DNA of 63,227 nucleotides, counting the filler, from Parasitella parasitica NRRL 2501 (Eukaryota > Fungi > Mucoromycota): the NCBI GenBank assembly GCA_025201805.1. It is 9 parts of 9 records of this genome, joined end to end, with 100 filler letters (N's around TTAATTAATTAA, not from the genome) between each part and the next. Parts side by side here need not be neighbours in the genome. Positions count along the whole stretch, not along the records: positions 4,899 to 33,209 come from MU619244.1; 8 more parts are not named here. One strand, 5' to 3'. Position 1 is the stretch's first letter; every line of letters starts with the position of its first letter. Below are positions 11,412 to 23,525 of the stretch, one piece after another. A program made the translations under genes and the position numbers. The notes beneath the pieces were generated by a model. The model saw nothing but the letters and a program-made list of their open reading frames with translations. It was not told where the DNA came from and ran no database searches.

Positions 11412-12103
11412 AAGTGCTAATTTGAGACGAAAATTTTAGTCATTTTCTTTGGAAATTTTGATATGATATTTGGTCAAAAGTAGTTAAGGGTGTGTAATAT
11501 CTAAAATTATGTAATTGCGGTTTTCTGGAATAATATGAAATTCGAACTTGATAAAAGTATTTATACTGTCTCAAATGTAGGGAAATATTCAGTTATTACC
11601 TTCTGAATTAGGAAGGTTTTCGACTTTTTTGCATTTTTAATTGAAGGAAATATAATATTTTTATTTCTAAAAATATTTTTTTTAGTTATGATACTGTTTG
11701 ATATTCGATTATAATGATATGCTTTGGTTATTCGGTTACATATACAGTATTTGATATGATTAAGAAGGACCTTGATACCAGAAAGGTAATGGTAGCTACG
11801 CACCAGCCTTTGTTTACAGTTAGGCAATCATCTTTAAACACTTAGAAAATTATCCAACACAAATTTCAATATAGCTTTTTCAACATGACGGCCAAATTTG
11901 GCTTCCTTGCAATCTTATTTTACTTTTTGTTAAATATAGCACCCTGTTTACCTGGTCCGTTGGAGACCGTTTTTATTTATTTGGAGGTATTTTGGAAATT
12001 AGCATCTCCACGGAGATGCTCTAACCAAATCATTATCACAATTGACAAAAAAAAAGAAATTTAGACGCAACGTCTCACGTTAGTTAATAAATTTGAGAAA
12101 AAT

Positions 12104-12176
12104 TGAGGCTACCAGGGGTCGAACCTGGAATCTCCTGATTCGTAGTCAGACGCCTTATCCATTGGGCCATAGCCCC
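12104..12176 (-). tRNA. tRNA-Arg (anticodon ACG)
   Basis: GGGGCTA/TAGCCTC acceptor stem, D-loop TGG, anticodon arm CTGACT-ACG-AATCAG, T-arm GGTTCGA, and a downstream T-run terminator. Confidence 0.95.
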
Positions 12177-12541
12177 TCACTTAATTTATAACATTTGAAG
12201 TTTTTATATAGTGCAATTACTATACGTTTTATATCCAGTCACGTGATTTCGCTAATTTTGGTTGAAGTAATCATCATTACTCTGTACTATTTCTTGGCAC
12301 CATAGAAACTCAAGTATTTGTCATCTCATGTTATGTGACTCTAGTAAAGAAGCTTCTTTATTATATTACATGGTACGAGAATAATGTTGTGGCACTCCAT
12401 CGAATAGTTGATCTAGTATGGTAAAAGGATTAACGATTGAAACAAGTTACTAGCAGATTTTAAAACATGGTAGTAATGCAAATGATTTAAAAAAACAATT
12501 TTATGTAGTACCGTATAGCAGACTTGGAGGGGTAAATAGAA

Positions 12542-13193
12542 TTAATAGTTATAGTTATCACGAGAAAAGTTTGGGTCTTGAATAAAAGCAGCAAGTACTT
12601 TACTACCAGTTTGCAATAAAGGATGCCCAGCAACACTATATTGAACAATCATATTCAGTCTATAGATCTATAACACCCTCAAACAAACCTACATTTGTAA
12701 AAATCTCTCTAAACCCTCTCTGCGTTGTTCAATAACACCATCATTAAATCTTTTCGTGAATACCTTTCCTGGTAAAGGAGGGATGTTGACTCTTGTTGAT
12801 TCACGTTCCAAAACATCTCTGAACCATTCAAAATCACTATATCTTCTGCGAACCGCAGACTGCTTCAACTTGAAAGCTGGGATGTTTGTCTATACTATCA
12901 TAAGTATATTCGAATTTAACGAGAATTTTCTCAAAAGATTTACCCTACAAATGATTTCATAATCGGTGTACATTTTACGATCGAAACCTATAAAAATTGA
13001 TTACATATTAATACGTTTACACCGTTGTTTCTTGGCAACAGGATTAAAAATACAAACCATGTGTTTGAGGATTTTTGACTTCAATTTCTAAAAAATTCTC
13101 AGGGATACCATACCGTTCCTCGATTGTTTGGTCTCGGGTTGATGCCCCTGTCATAGTCTGAAAAGACTGAAATTTATGTTGACCTGTTGACAT
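12542..13193 (-). CDS. SNX3: Sorting nexin-3 (PX domain), multi-exon; not in the ORF track
   Basis: Exons read MSTGQHKFQ...[47 protein letters not shown], and [28 protein letters not shown]. Confidence 0.9.
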
Positions 13194-13336
13194 GTTTTTT
13201 GTTGAAGATAGAAAAAAGAAACGTAAAGAAACAGAGAAAAAAAAATGAAAAAGTGAAGACGAGAGAGATTATGGACAAGACGGGATTTGAAAAATCAAAC
13301 AGCATTATTAGGATGGCTCGATTTTATTACAAACTA

Positions 13337-15127
13337 TTAGAAGACCTGTTCATCAGTTTTTCTCTTTTGACCAGCTCTAGCTTTAGGGCCCCAGTTAGTG
13401 GTTGGGTTAATCTGGTAACGCACTAAATGTTCAGATTTGGACTCGGCTATCGCCTTGGGATGCCTTGTGAAATCAACGTCAATTGTAGATTCTTTGGCAA
13501 GAATCGTTCTCGCAGGTGAGTTTTCTGCAATGTTATCCATCACAACAGGATTCTTCTTGACCCAAGCTCTCATGATATCCCAAACAACAGTCGATGGAGC
13601 ATCGGTTTTAATAGACTGCTTACCAGCATGGGATGCAGACACTTGATAACCAGCATTTAAAATAGCAGAAAAAAGATCTACAATGGGGATACTATTACAA
13701 TGGAGAGTACCACACAACCTTCCTAATGTCCAATAAAAGGGGACATGGATTTCTTCCTTGATAACCGATAACATGCCTCTCATACGTTTAGCAGTACCAT
13801 AGTTTGATTCGTTTTCCTCTACATGTTTCAGCATCTTGACTACAAATTCATCATCGTGGATTTTATCACCCCAAATGGGGCCACCAATATGATGTGTGTT
13901 GTTACAGTTTTCACAAAGACTGTTAACAGAGGGACCAGTAGCAAGAGTATACTTTTCACCACCATTGTCTTTTACACTCATTCTACCAAGGGATTGTGTA
14001 GAATAAGCATGGCAGCCTAGGCATTCGTAAACAATCGCCATTTTGCTGGCAGACTTTTTGACTTCTTTGGGAGATGTATACACACGGACAAATACTCGCA
14101 AGTAGAAATCGATGCTACAAGATACAAGGGGAACGATGTGGCGCTTATAACGACCAGCTGAAGTTTGCAGCATTTGCAAGACTAAACGAAGTGCCATTTC
14201 GTGAGGGAACATGTACTTCAATGGCATACCACCATATTTGCCGAAACTTTTTTTTTTTAAAAAAAAAAAAGGTTGGTAAAATATCATCATATCAAGGCAG
14301 CTACATCTTACCAAGTTTCCGGATGCATAGAGCCAGCAAGAATAGCTAGATCAGTACAAGTAACACATAATAAACCACCTTCCGCGACAGCTTGAACGGC
14401 GCCGTCGACAAAAGGTGCAGCACTTCCATAAGGATCCAAATCAACAACATCAAACTTTTTATCAGTACCAACACAATCATACATGACACGCATAGCATCT
14501 CCATGATTAGGCTTTACTAAATCCTCAGTCAATCCATTGTATTTCACGTTGCGTTTGATAGCCTCCATTGCGTCCAATTCGATATCGTTACAAACTACTT
14601 GTTTCAATCTAGGAATTTCTTTGGCATAGCGGATAGACCTCAGACCGCTGGCAGCAAGTGCTTCAAGGATTACCAAATCATTGGAAGTTTTAACATGATC
14701 CAAAGACTAACGACTAGTTTAATAATTTTTGGCAGTTTTTGATCCCACTCGTTTGTTGCTAACCTTTTGCAATTTCTCGATAGATTCCTCGTCTAAATCA
14801 ACGCTTAATCACTATTTTACAGCCCAAAAATATCACGCAAATACCTTTAGCATTTGCAAGCTTTTTCTCAATACGATTAGCTTTTTCTTGATTGTAAATC
14901 TCACTCCAGGTACGGATGGCAGCAATCGACATGTCACGATTAAATTGTTGGACAGGATTATAGAAGACTTCATTTTTCTTTGGGAAAAGGATTGTAGCTT
15001 TTCCTTCTGTCACGGTGTTGTATTGAGTGATATCAATTTCATTAGTTGCTGAAGACATTGCTTTGAGAGTGTTATATCCAATGGTGCTATTATGAGCAAG
15101 ACGAACTAGAGTCCTTTTCATATACAC
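13337..15127 (-). CDS. TRM1: tRNA (guanine-26-N2)-dimethyltransferase, multi-exon
   Basis: [54 protein letters not shown]. Confidence 0.95.
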
Positions 15128-15196
15128 TTGCTTAAAAAACTTTTTTTTTTTATTAATTTGTAGTCCCTCGATTTCCCATCAACGCTTTTGGACTGC

Positions 15197-15755
15197 TTAT
15201 CTGTATAGGGAGCAGGATTTCTTGAAGGCCTCCAAAACTTCTGGGTCTCTGGATCGCAAAGGAGCTGTAGCCAACGCAGTTGCGATATTTTCAGGTTGTT
15301 CAATCCATTTTTTGAACGGGATTTGGTGTTTAGTAAGAACTGTGGCCAGTTTTTCCAATGAACCCTCGTTTTTGGTCTACATTTTCAACTGAGAAAATGT
15401 CATTACTGTTAGAAATGTAAAACTCTACCTCTAGTACTACTTTGTGCATATTGTCTAAATCTGAAAGATACTCTTTGGTTGACTCATCTTCGCGCGTGAT
15501 GTGCAAAACTGCAGTAGCGGCATGGCAAGCTTGTGTCATTACACTTTTATTGTTGCATATTAGTAAAATGCTTACAACGTCAACCAGGCTTTTTTTTTTT
15601 GTCCAATTTACCTCCCAGTTGGCCATTGAAGCTTCTATAAACGAACGATTTATCATATAGTAACCAGTAAAAATAAATCCAACATCCTTCTATACCTTTG
15701 CAAGATCCTTTCGGACGACAATAAACATGGTCAAGGGTTCTACCACAGCAGCCAT
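15197..15755 (-). CDS. Putative peptidyl-tRNA hydrolase, PTRHD1/Pth2-like, multi-exon
   Basis: Spliced reading MAAVVEPLTMFIVVRKDLAK...QACHAATAVL...MHKVVLE...KWIEQPENIATALAT...CSLYR*. Confidence 0.85.
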
Positions 15756-15891
15756 AATCCTCTAGGTTCAATTTAATATGCTAAATGTTTAGAACACAAA
15801 GGAAAAAAAAGGATATTGGATGTCACAGCAATGCCATTCCTTTTAATTCTCGCGTCAGTGTTTACGTGTTTAATATCTCTTTCAAGCTGCA

Positions 15892-16152
15892 ATGAAAACT
15901 TACGAGGAAGCCATTATATCTGAAACAGAACGTCTCGTAGAGAATATCAAGAAGCTGAATGGACTAGTTGAGAGAGTGAATAATCAAGAAGTGACTCATA
16001 CGATTGAAGTTCTTCGACAAGTTGAACAGAAGATATCACTTGTGGACACCTTTTTCCGGTCATCCATGTACAAGAACAAATTACACGAGAACGAAGAGAT
16101 ATTAACAAATAGACCTAGCTTTAAAGATTTGCCAAATAACACTTCTTCATGA
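15892..16152 (+). CDS. DAD3: DASH/Dam1 complex subunit Dad3-like small coiled-coil protein
   Basis: LRQVEQKISLVDTFFRSSMY resembles the Dad3 motif LRxLExKxxLVxTLxKxSVY. The 3' end could be spliced differently. Confidence 0.6.
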   Translation: MKTYEEAIISETERLVENIKKLNGLVERVNNQEVTHTIEVLRQVEQKISLVDTFFRSSMYKNKLHENEEILTNRPSFKDLPNNTSS

Positions 16153-16352
16153 AAACTACAGAATGATACATAATAATGAAGCAGTAGTGCACCACCCTTA
16201 CTTAAAGATATACCAAGTGATGCCAGTACCAGTTCAAGCTAATCAATAAAGTTAAACAATGATATATGGCATTTTAGCTTACAAAAAGCTGTTATTTATT
16301 TAAGAAAAAGAAACGCATTGACAGAAATATGTAAAGGTTTTCAGAGATGTGT

Positions 16353-17022
16353 TTATTTCTCTTCAGTAGCCTCAGCTTTGTCTTCCTTCTTGTCTTCCTT
16401 CTTTTCGTCCTTGTCTTCTTTCTTTTCGTCCTTCTTGTTCTTAGGGTTTGCAGGAGATTTGCTCCAGTTTTGGGCCTACAGAAAGGAGAAAAAGCTTTGG
16501 TTAATCCTCACGCTGTAGAACGTGTTCAGTGTGTTATATTTACAGCCTGCTTAAAAGCCTATTGTAAAAGAAGAAGGGGTATTAGCGACTGTTTAATACC
16601 AATGATTTAACAATAAAATTTTTCTCATATTTTGAAAAAAAAAAAAAAAAAAAAAGAAAAATACACGCGAAGTTGTGAAAAAGCGCAACATTCTAGGGTT
16701 AACAAGAATGCTCCCATTCAACACACTGAGAGATGTAGTAAAAGGTTGTCAATTGAGGGTAAAGAAACTTACATCCTTGTGAGTAATACCAGTTTGTTCT
16801 GCCTTAACCTTGGCAAGTTCAGTCTAATAAACCATTTTGATTAATATCAATTGGCCATTAAAAACCTTCCCATATTACCTTCATGAACTTATTGTAAGGG
16901 GACATCTGCTTGGCTATTATCCAAGAGTGGGGAGTTTTTTTTTTAGCGACACGCTTTTTTGGCGTAAAAAGTAGGTTATAATAAAACTTACCAGGCTTCT
17001 TTGTAATCTTCTCTTTGGCCAT
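16353..17022 (-). CDS. Small YABBY/HMG-box-like protein with an acidic/basic tail, five short exons
   Basis: MAKEKITKKP|APKMSPYNKFMK|TELAKVKAEQTGITHKD|AFKQA|AQNWSKSPANPKNKK...EEK*, with GT-AG introns. Confidence 0.75.
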
Positions 17023-17249
17023 TATGATAAAAGTATATTTAGAGTTTTATGGTTTGATAAATGTAGTTTTTAAATAAAAAGAATATGTTTTTTATATAAA
17101 AGATTAACAAGTAAAAAGGAAGATTATATGAAAATTTCTCGTTTTTAACCTTGGCTATTTTAAAAAAAAAAATACAAGCTAATCGTTTTGCCACCAACTG
17201 GGGAAGTAGCCAATAACCTACGGGTGTTCCCTAAAAGTGAATCTAATTT

Positions 17250-18697
17250 TTCACAAAAGCCGTCAGTTTATTATGACATGGGAAGTTGGTTCATGCTTGT
17301 GAAAAGGATTTGCACTGCAACACTTGAAGTGACTTAAGGAGTCAATCAGCTTTTTAAAACGCTTGTTACAAACATTCAATATTACTCTCCATGAAAGAGT
17401 ATGACTAAACTGAGGCGAAAGCATTGGATGTTGAAATAATTCGGTGGCGAAATATGTTCAGAAGATAAGTATACTTACCTCCCAAGCCGTATTGGAGGCA
17501 TTTTAACAGCCCTCGTGTTCAACATAATGTTCCTCTTTATGCTTTTATTATAGATATATCATCATCCCATCTTTTAGGCGTCTAAGACTTTTAGATGTAA
17601 ATCTTCTGCTCTCCGAATTACGCCAAATAAACATAACGACAAAGCAGCCACTTTAAATCAAGGCCAAATGTTCATCTCGTCTTTTAGAGAAATATTCTGT
17701 TGTACGTTCAATTTTTTAATCTAAACCTGTAAAACTATATCAATAATGCACACATTTGATTGTAAATGCATAAAAATTGGGTTTTACTGACATGACTAAT
17801 ATTGCCTCTTAAGTTCCTGTTAGAGATTGAAAGCCTCCAAATACTATGAAATGGCAACATTGTCTTCACATTTTAAAGTATTGAAAAATTTTCATACCTG
17901 AAGCTTTTCAGGAGACCCGAGATGCTTGCATGATAACAAACCCACACACAGAATTTAAAGCGGGATTTAATTTTTATATAGTTGAGGTTGATGATCAATG
18001 GTAAAAAAAAGCTGGCAATGATTGGGTATTGTGTTGGTAAGTTGGTAAGTTAGTTCGCAGTCCTAGGGCTTAAAAAGCAAGAATTACTGCTAAAATAAAA
18101 AGTTATCGAGTTACGTTGTACGGTCACATCTATATTGTAAGCATTCAGGGCGAAAAGCCTACTTCTAATCTTTGAGAAATCATTTTTTAAATTATGATTT
18201 ATTACTTCGCCTTTACAAGATATGCTCCGAAGCTGCCATTGCTATTGGCTCAAACAAAGGTGATATAGGTCTGATGCCGAGAATCAAGTTCATCAGCTTG
18301 GTCACCGAAAGATTATGCCCAGTTGACTTTCAAAGGGGTGATTTCCCATAAGATTAGCATTTGGCATGGCCATTAACAAGGCACAAGGTTCAACACTCAG
18401 CTCTGTAAGTTTATATTTGCCATGCCATGTTTTTTGTCATGGTCAACTGTATGTACCTTTGTCCTGTGTCTTGGAAGTTGTTGTCTTCTGAGAAGTTTTT
18501 GTACAATCCCATTAAATAAATAAGTGCTTGGCATGTAGAATGAGATTTTGCTTATTTTGTTTAATTATCTTTGTGTTAAATGGGAGCCCGCTGCAGGCGC
18601 GAATTGTGCACCCTCCCCCCCCCCCCTTGGAACGAAGGTCGAAAAGATCACCGCGAAGATCGAGTCTTTTTCACCGTTGTTCAGCGAAGACAGCTCG
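17250..18697 (+). mobile_element. Degenerate Helitron remnant (PIF1 helicase C-terminus plus structured 3' end)
   Basis: About 18270-18470 encodes PRI...FP*RLAFGMAINKAQGSTL...VFCHGQLYVPLS (PIF1 motifs V/VI). It is followed by stem-loops and a CTCG|T end. The 5' boundary is uncertain. Confidence 0.75.
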
Positions 18698-19259
18698 TAT
18701 CTTAGCCACATGATAATGCTACTTATTTGATTTCATATCTAGAGGTATAAAATTTAGTTGAGTAATCTGCGATCAAAAGAAAATGTGTTTCTTGGCTAAA
18801 GTCCATGATCTGTCTAGTCTTACCTAATCAAGACAATTTAATATTGATTTCGATGCAAAATGGAATGTTTTCAACTTACATAGATTAGTAAAAAGTTTGC
18901 AATTCTTTAACTTTTAATTTGAGAAATTGCGTTTTTAATCCGTTTGCCGTGTGGATCTTCTTGAAGAATTGCTGAAAATCGATGATTATTAATCACGCAT
19001 TTTTTTCAGTTAGCAAGTACGAATTCTTGGAAAACATCTTATGCAGTCTTGAGCATTTGAATTGACTAAAAAGGCCATCAACCATACTACGTTAGTTGTG
19101 AAAAGAGGCCCGTTGACCATAATAATCTGATATATGGGCGTTTTGCAAAAACACTCTGGCAGCAGCTGTACAATCAGCAGAGTTTTGGAGTTATGTGTAG
19201 TAATATCTTGGTTGAAGTTTTTACTTTTACCATGCGGCTGCTATTTTTTCCTGTTATGC

Positions 19260-20460
19260 AGGTAGTACCAAATAGATAACTATATTAATCACCAAAAACT
19301 GCTGAACACAAGAAAAATCTTGAAACACATCAGAACAAGTTTACTGAATGGAAGTATTGCTTCAACATGCTCTGCTAGAGCCACAATTTTTATTTGAGTG
19401 CGTCTTTTGATCAACTTGGAACATTTTTCTGACGTATATGGTATATGGGGGATAATGAACTTTAGATGTACCAAAAACATTTTATACATCAATTAGTGGA
19501 ATCGCTTGCTTGTGTTTTTTTTTGTTTTTTTTGTTTTTACAAAAGTCTGTAACATGAGGTGATCTGCAGAGACGAGCTCACTGAAACCAATCAAACCAAT
19601 ATTTGTTGCCACTTGGAGATCACAAATCATAGTTGTCTTGCCACCATTCAGATTTTGAGGACAGCAGACAATCTTGCACACGACAGTACTCAAATTTCAT
19701 TTCAAGACACCATTCTTATCACAAACCAGTTGCTTTTCTGTTCTTGGAAGCAGCTGCGATACCTCTTGGTCTAGTTGCATTCATATGCTAACATATCGTT
19801 GCTTGTTGACGCTAATGTTGCAAGAAATTGTTTTAGACTGCGCATGGCTTGCTTGCGAACGTGCCAGGCATTTGTACGCCAGTTTTTAATGAAAAAAATC
19901 ATGTTAGTGGACTTGCAACAAGAACAAACAGTGAGGAAACTGATTTGGCCTCTTTACAAGATGCTGGTGGCACTTCTTTAGCCTCCTTTTTCGTGTCACT
20001 CTCTCCTTTTGTCGTTGCTTCAATGTCTTTGTGTTTGCTGTCTTCTTTCTACTGGATAACAAGGCGTTGTCCATCAAGTCAGATTTTAATTCATATCTCA
20101 GAATCTTGTCATTCCTACCCTGCTCCAGCTTCTCAAGTGAAATGTCACTATCACTCAAGGCAGCGAGAGATTGGAAGCGGTTTACTGATGAAAAGAGCGT
20201 TTGATTTGAACATCACACGCTGCTTGCAGTAGTAAATATTCCTGGATTCGTCCTTTAGGATACCTTGTCTTCACTTGCGTTATTTTCGATCGGTTTGAAA
20301 CTTTGACTAACAGTGCTATCAGTATTGTGGTTCCCAAGCTTCAATGTTTTCTCTTTTCATTAAATGAGCGACCTGTTTCACCCAATTCATTGCTATGATG
20401 TGCATTTATCTTTTTCTTTCATCACTTCCATGATTTGAAAATAATTCTAGTAGAAATGCA
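19260..20460 (-). pseudogene. Degenerate orphan/TE-derived coding sequence
   Basis: Broken minus-strand ORF fragments (19289-19492, 19493-19693, 19904-20158) with no recognisable intact domain. Confidence 0.3.
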
Positions 20461-20921
20461 TGAGTTATTAAGCGAGTCTTGATTGTTGAGGTGGCCTAAC
20501 CCATGCCTGTTGTAACTGTGCATAGATCTAGAAGAGTTGTACCGTAGTAATGGGATCATTTTTTGGCTTGAATATTTTATATTCAGGTCTTGAATTGAGG
20601 TTTGTTATTGGCCAACAACAGACGCATAGTGTCTTCGACGGATGTCACAGCCAGAAAAACTCGCTATATACTTTATCAAAAAACTTCCTTGCAACAAAGA
20701 AAAATGCACACCAAATACACCATTATGCATTGATTTTTCCCAGTACTAGGGCCGTCCGTACCACATTGGACATCAGAGTAAGTATATCACATAACCAAGA
20801 CAACCAGAGTACCAATGAAATCTAAATCTTCAAATGACGCAAATCTGGCTTCACTCACCGCATGTGAGAAAAAAAGGTGATTCAAGCTGAATTCAGTTTG
20901 TCACTCTTTTATTTTCTCGAC

Positions 20922-22321
20922 ATGATGAATGAGTTGGACGTCGACCTGAGAACTATTCGTTTTGTCAATACCATTAATGACAACTTGATATGCTGCATAT
21001 GCCAAAACCCCTTCATTGACCCAGTTATATCTCGCTGTGGGTAAGTAGTATTGTTGGTGTTTCTTTTTCTGTGGTGTCTGAATGCATTTTTATTAGTCAT
21101 ACTTTTTGTCAGCATTGTATTTTCCAAGCATTAGAAGCCTCGTCTGTATGTCCTATCGATAGGGCAGCACTTGAAAAGGACGACCTTGAGCCAGCGGCCA
21201 AGATCATTTGCAACATGGTGAATGAATTGCCTGCATACTGTCCTCGACATGAACAAGGATGTTCTCATATAGGACAGCGACAGTTTATTGAATTACATGT
21301 AAAAAAAGATTGTGAATACACTGTTGCACCGTGCGAATTAGAGGAATGCAAAGAGTTGTTATTGAAGAAGGATTTGCAAATACATACAGAAACCTGCAAG
21401 TATAGAATTATGGAATGCAATATGTGTAAAAAAAAGCTGCGTGCATTTGAGCTTGATGTAGGCCATTCGCTTCCCATGCATCAGTGCGGACTATAGCTAA
21501 TTCAACTTGAATGTAGGATCACTTTAACCTCTGTCCTTCCGAAATCATTACATGCCAGTACTGCGAAACCTCACGCCCGAGATCTGAACACGTTTCACAT
21601 ATCGACGATTGTCCTCAATTCAAAGTGAAGTGCACCCATGAAGAATTTGGGTGTCTCTGGTCAGACCAACGACAAAAATTGCCAGCCCATTTGGCAACAT
21701 GTCCCTTTGAATCTATCAAAAACTACCTGCGTATACAGAAACAATCTGAAACGATGCTTCTGAACGAACTACGGCATGCGCATCGGGAAAACGAAGCATT
21801 GAAAAGACAGCAGTCTGAGTCACGACAGCACATTGAGACACTTACACATCGCTTAAATGTGATGTTTCCTGGCCATTTTGTGACAGATCCAGATATACCA
21901 GAGGAAGCGCTCAATGAATCAGTCTTAGCGGAAAATCAACGCCTGAATAATGAGTTGGAGACATTGTCTGCTAACATTGCTTCTCTGGAATTAAAGCAAA
22001 ACATGGCTCTAATGACAGAAACTTTCCGTCTTCAAGAGGAAATGCAGAGTCTGAGAGGGATATGTCATGGGCTTCGAATGCAAATGCATTATATTATGAT
22101 GGATCGCAAGACATCTGCTACTACCAACGCTTCGGCGAGCGGTGCTGCTGGTGGCACTGGAAACACTGCGAGAGGTGGGAGCGATTCTAGTGGGACGAAT
22201 GCAATGAATAGGATGCGGACATGGCTAGGTTTGTGTTATTATCATATTTATCTGTTCAATCTAACTCTATTCGAATTTAGATCCCACTTCGTCTGGCCCA
22301 AAACAAGAAACCAAATTATAA
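20922..22321 (+). CDS. RING finger plus TRAF-type zinc finger coiled-coil protein (putative E3 ligase), multi-exon
   Basis: LICCICQNPFIDPVISRCG|HTFCQHCI...CPIDR (C3HC4 RING), repeated TRAF-type Cys/His motifs and a coiled coil. Confidence 0.88.
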
Positions 22322-22540
22322 GCATATTTTTCGATTTAATTACAAATTACAATTTCTCTTAATCAAATACCCATCAAATAAAGCATTATCCTGTATTAGT
22401 AACATCAAAATACTTGACACTGAACTGTGAAGCAAATGACAATTAAAAGCAGGGTCATCAAGCCACCCCGCAAAATTATCCAGGTCCCAGAATTAAAAAA
22501 AAAGCATGCCTTTCTTTATTTCTATTCCACATACAAATTA

Positions 22541-23506
22541 ATGGCAACTGCAGAAAAAGCTACCCTTGTGTTGGGAGGTGCTGCACTTGGTGTAGTTTCC
22601 TTTGCAGCCTACCAAAAGTTTACACAAAAGCCTGTTGCCGTTCGACCAGCTGTTGTTCCTGTCAGCAAACCTCCACCACCACTACCCACTACTATAGGCC
22701 CATCCGTAGGCAACATGGAAAAAGCCAAAACCATCCTGCCATTCGGCTTTCCCGGGCCTGTCAATGACATTATTTACCGGAGTGCCTATGTTACTTCATA
22801 CAATCGTCGTGATCGTAACCCCAACTGGGTCGCCGAGCATTTGACTGCAGCCAGTCTAAAAAGAGGAGATGATGTAGATCGCCAGAAATCAACATTCAAA
22901 GAAGACGGTCAAATTCCTGCACAATTCCAAGCAAAACTCAATGATTACTTTAGAAGTGGGTTTGATCGTGGTCATATGGTGCCTGCTGCTGATGTTAAAA
23001 ATAGCCAAATTTCCATGAACGAAACCTTCTTTTTAACCAATATTGCACCCCAAGTAGGCGAAGGGTTCAACAGAGATTATTGGGCTCATCTCGAGCACTT
23101 TTGCCGTCAACTTACTACGAAATTCACTGATGTGTACGTATTTACTGGACCCTTGTATTTACCTCACCAGGAAGCAGATGGCAAATTCTATGTCAAATAT
23201 CAAATGATTGGCAACCCTCCTAACGTTGCCGTGCCAACGCATTTCTACAAGGTCATTTTAACACATCATCAAGGCAAATACAGTGTTGGCGCATTTGTGT
23301 TGCCCAACCAGCCAATTCCTGATCAAACACCTTTGACTGCATTCCAAGTTCCTTTGAATGCTGTCGAAAGAGGCGCTGGACTTACCTTCTTTGACCGCAT
23401 GGATAAGAATGCTTTACCCAACTTGTGTCATGAAACAGAATGTAAACTTGTCATTCGCCAATTTGATAATGCTCAAAAAAATGTACAAAAATTGCCATCC
23501 AAGTAG
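22541..23506 (+). CDS. NUC1: Mitochondrial endonuclease G / Nuc1
   Basis: NPNWVAEHL, SGFDRGHMVPAAD (DRGH), NIAPQVGEGFNRDYW, and an N-terminal hydrophobic anchor. Confidence 0.95.
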   Translation: MATAEKATLVLGGAALGVVSFAAYQKFTQKPVAVRPAVVPVSKPPPPLPTTIGPSVGNMEKAKTILPFGFPGPVNDIIYRSAYVTSYNRRDRNPNWVAEHLTAASLKRGDDVDRQKSTFKEDGQIPAQFQAKLNDYFRSGFDRGHMVPAADVKNSQISMNETFFLTNIAPQVGEGFNRDYWAHLEHFCRQLTTKFTDVYVFTGPLYLPHQEADGKFYVKYQMIGNPPNVAVPTHFYKVILTHHQGKYSVGAFVLPNQPIPDQTPLTAFQVPLNAVERGAGLTFFDRMDKNALPNLCHETECKLVIRQFDNAQKNVQKLPSK

Positions 23507-23525
23507 ATAAAGACTCAACAAGAAA

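Noticed and set aside
12001-12024. Short palindrome AGCATCTCCACGGAGATGCT
   Set aside because: It resembles a Harbinger/Tourist end or footprint, but it is too short and no partner end was established.
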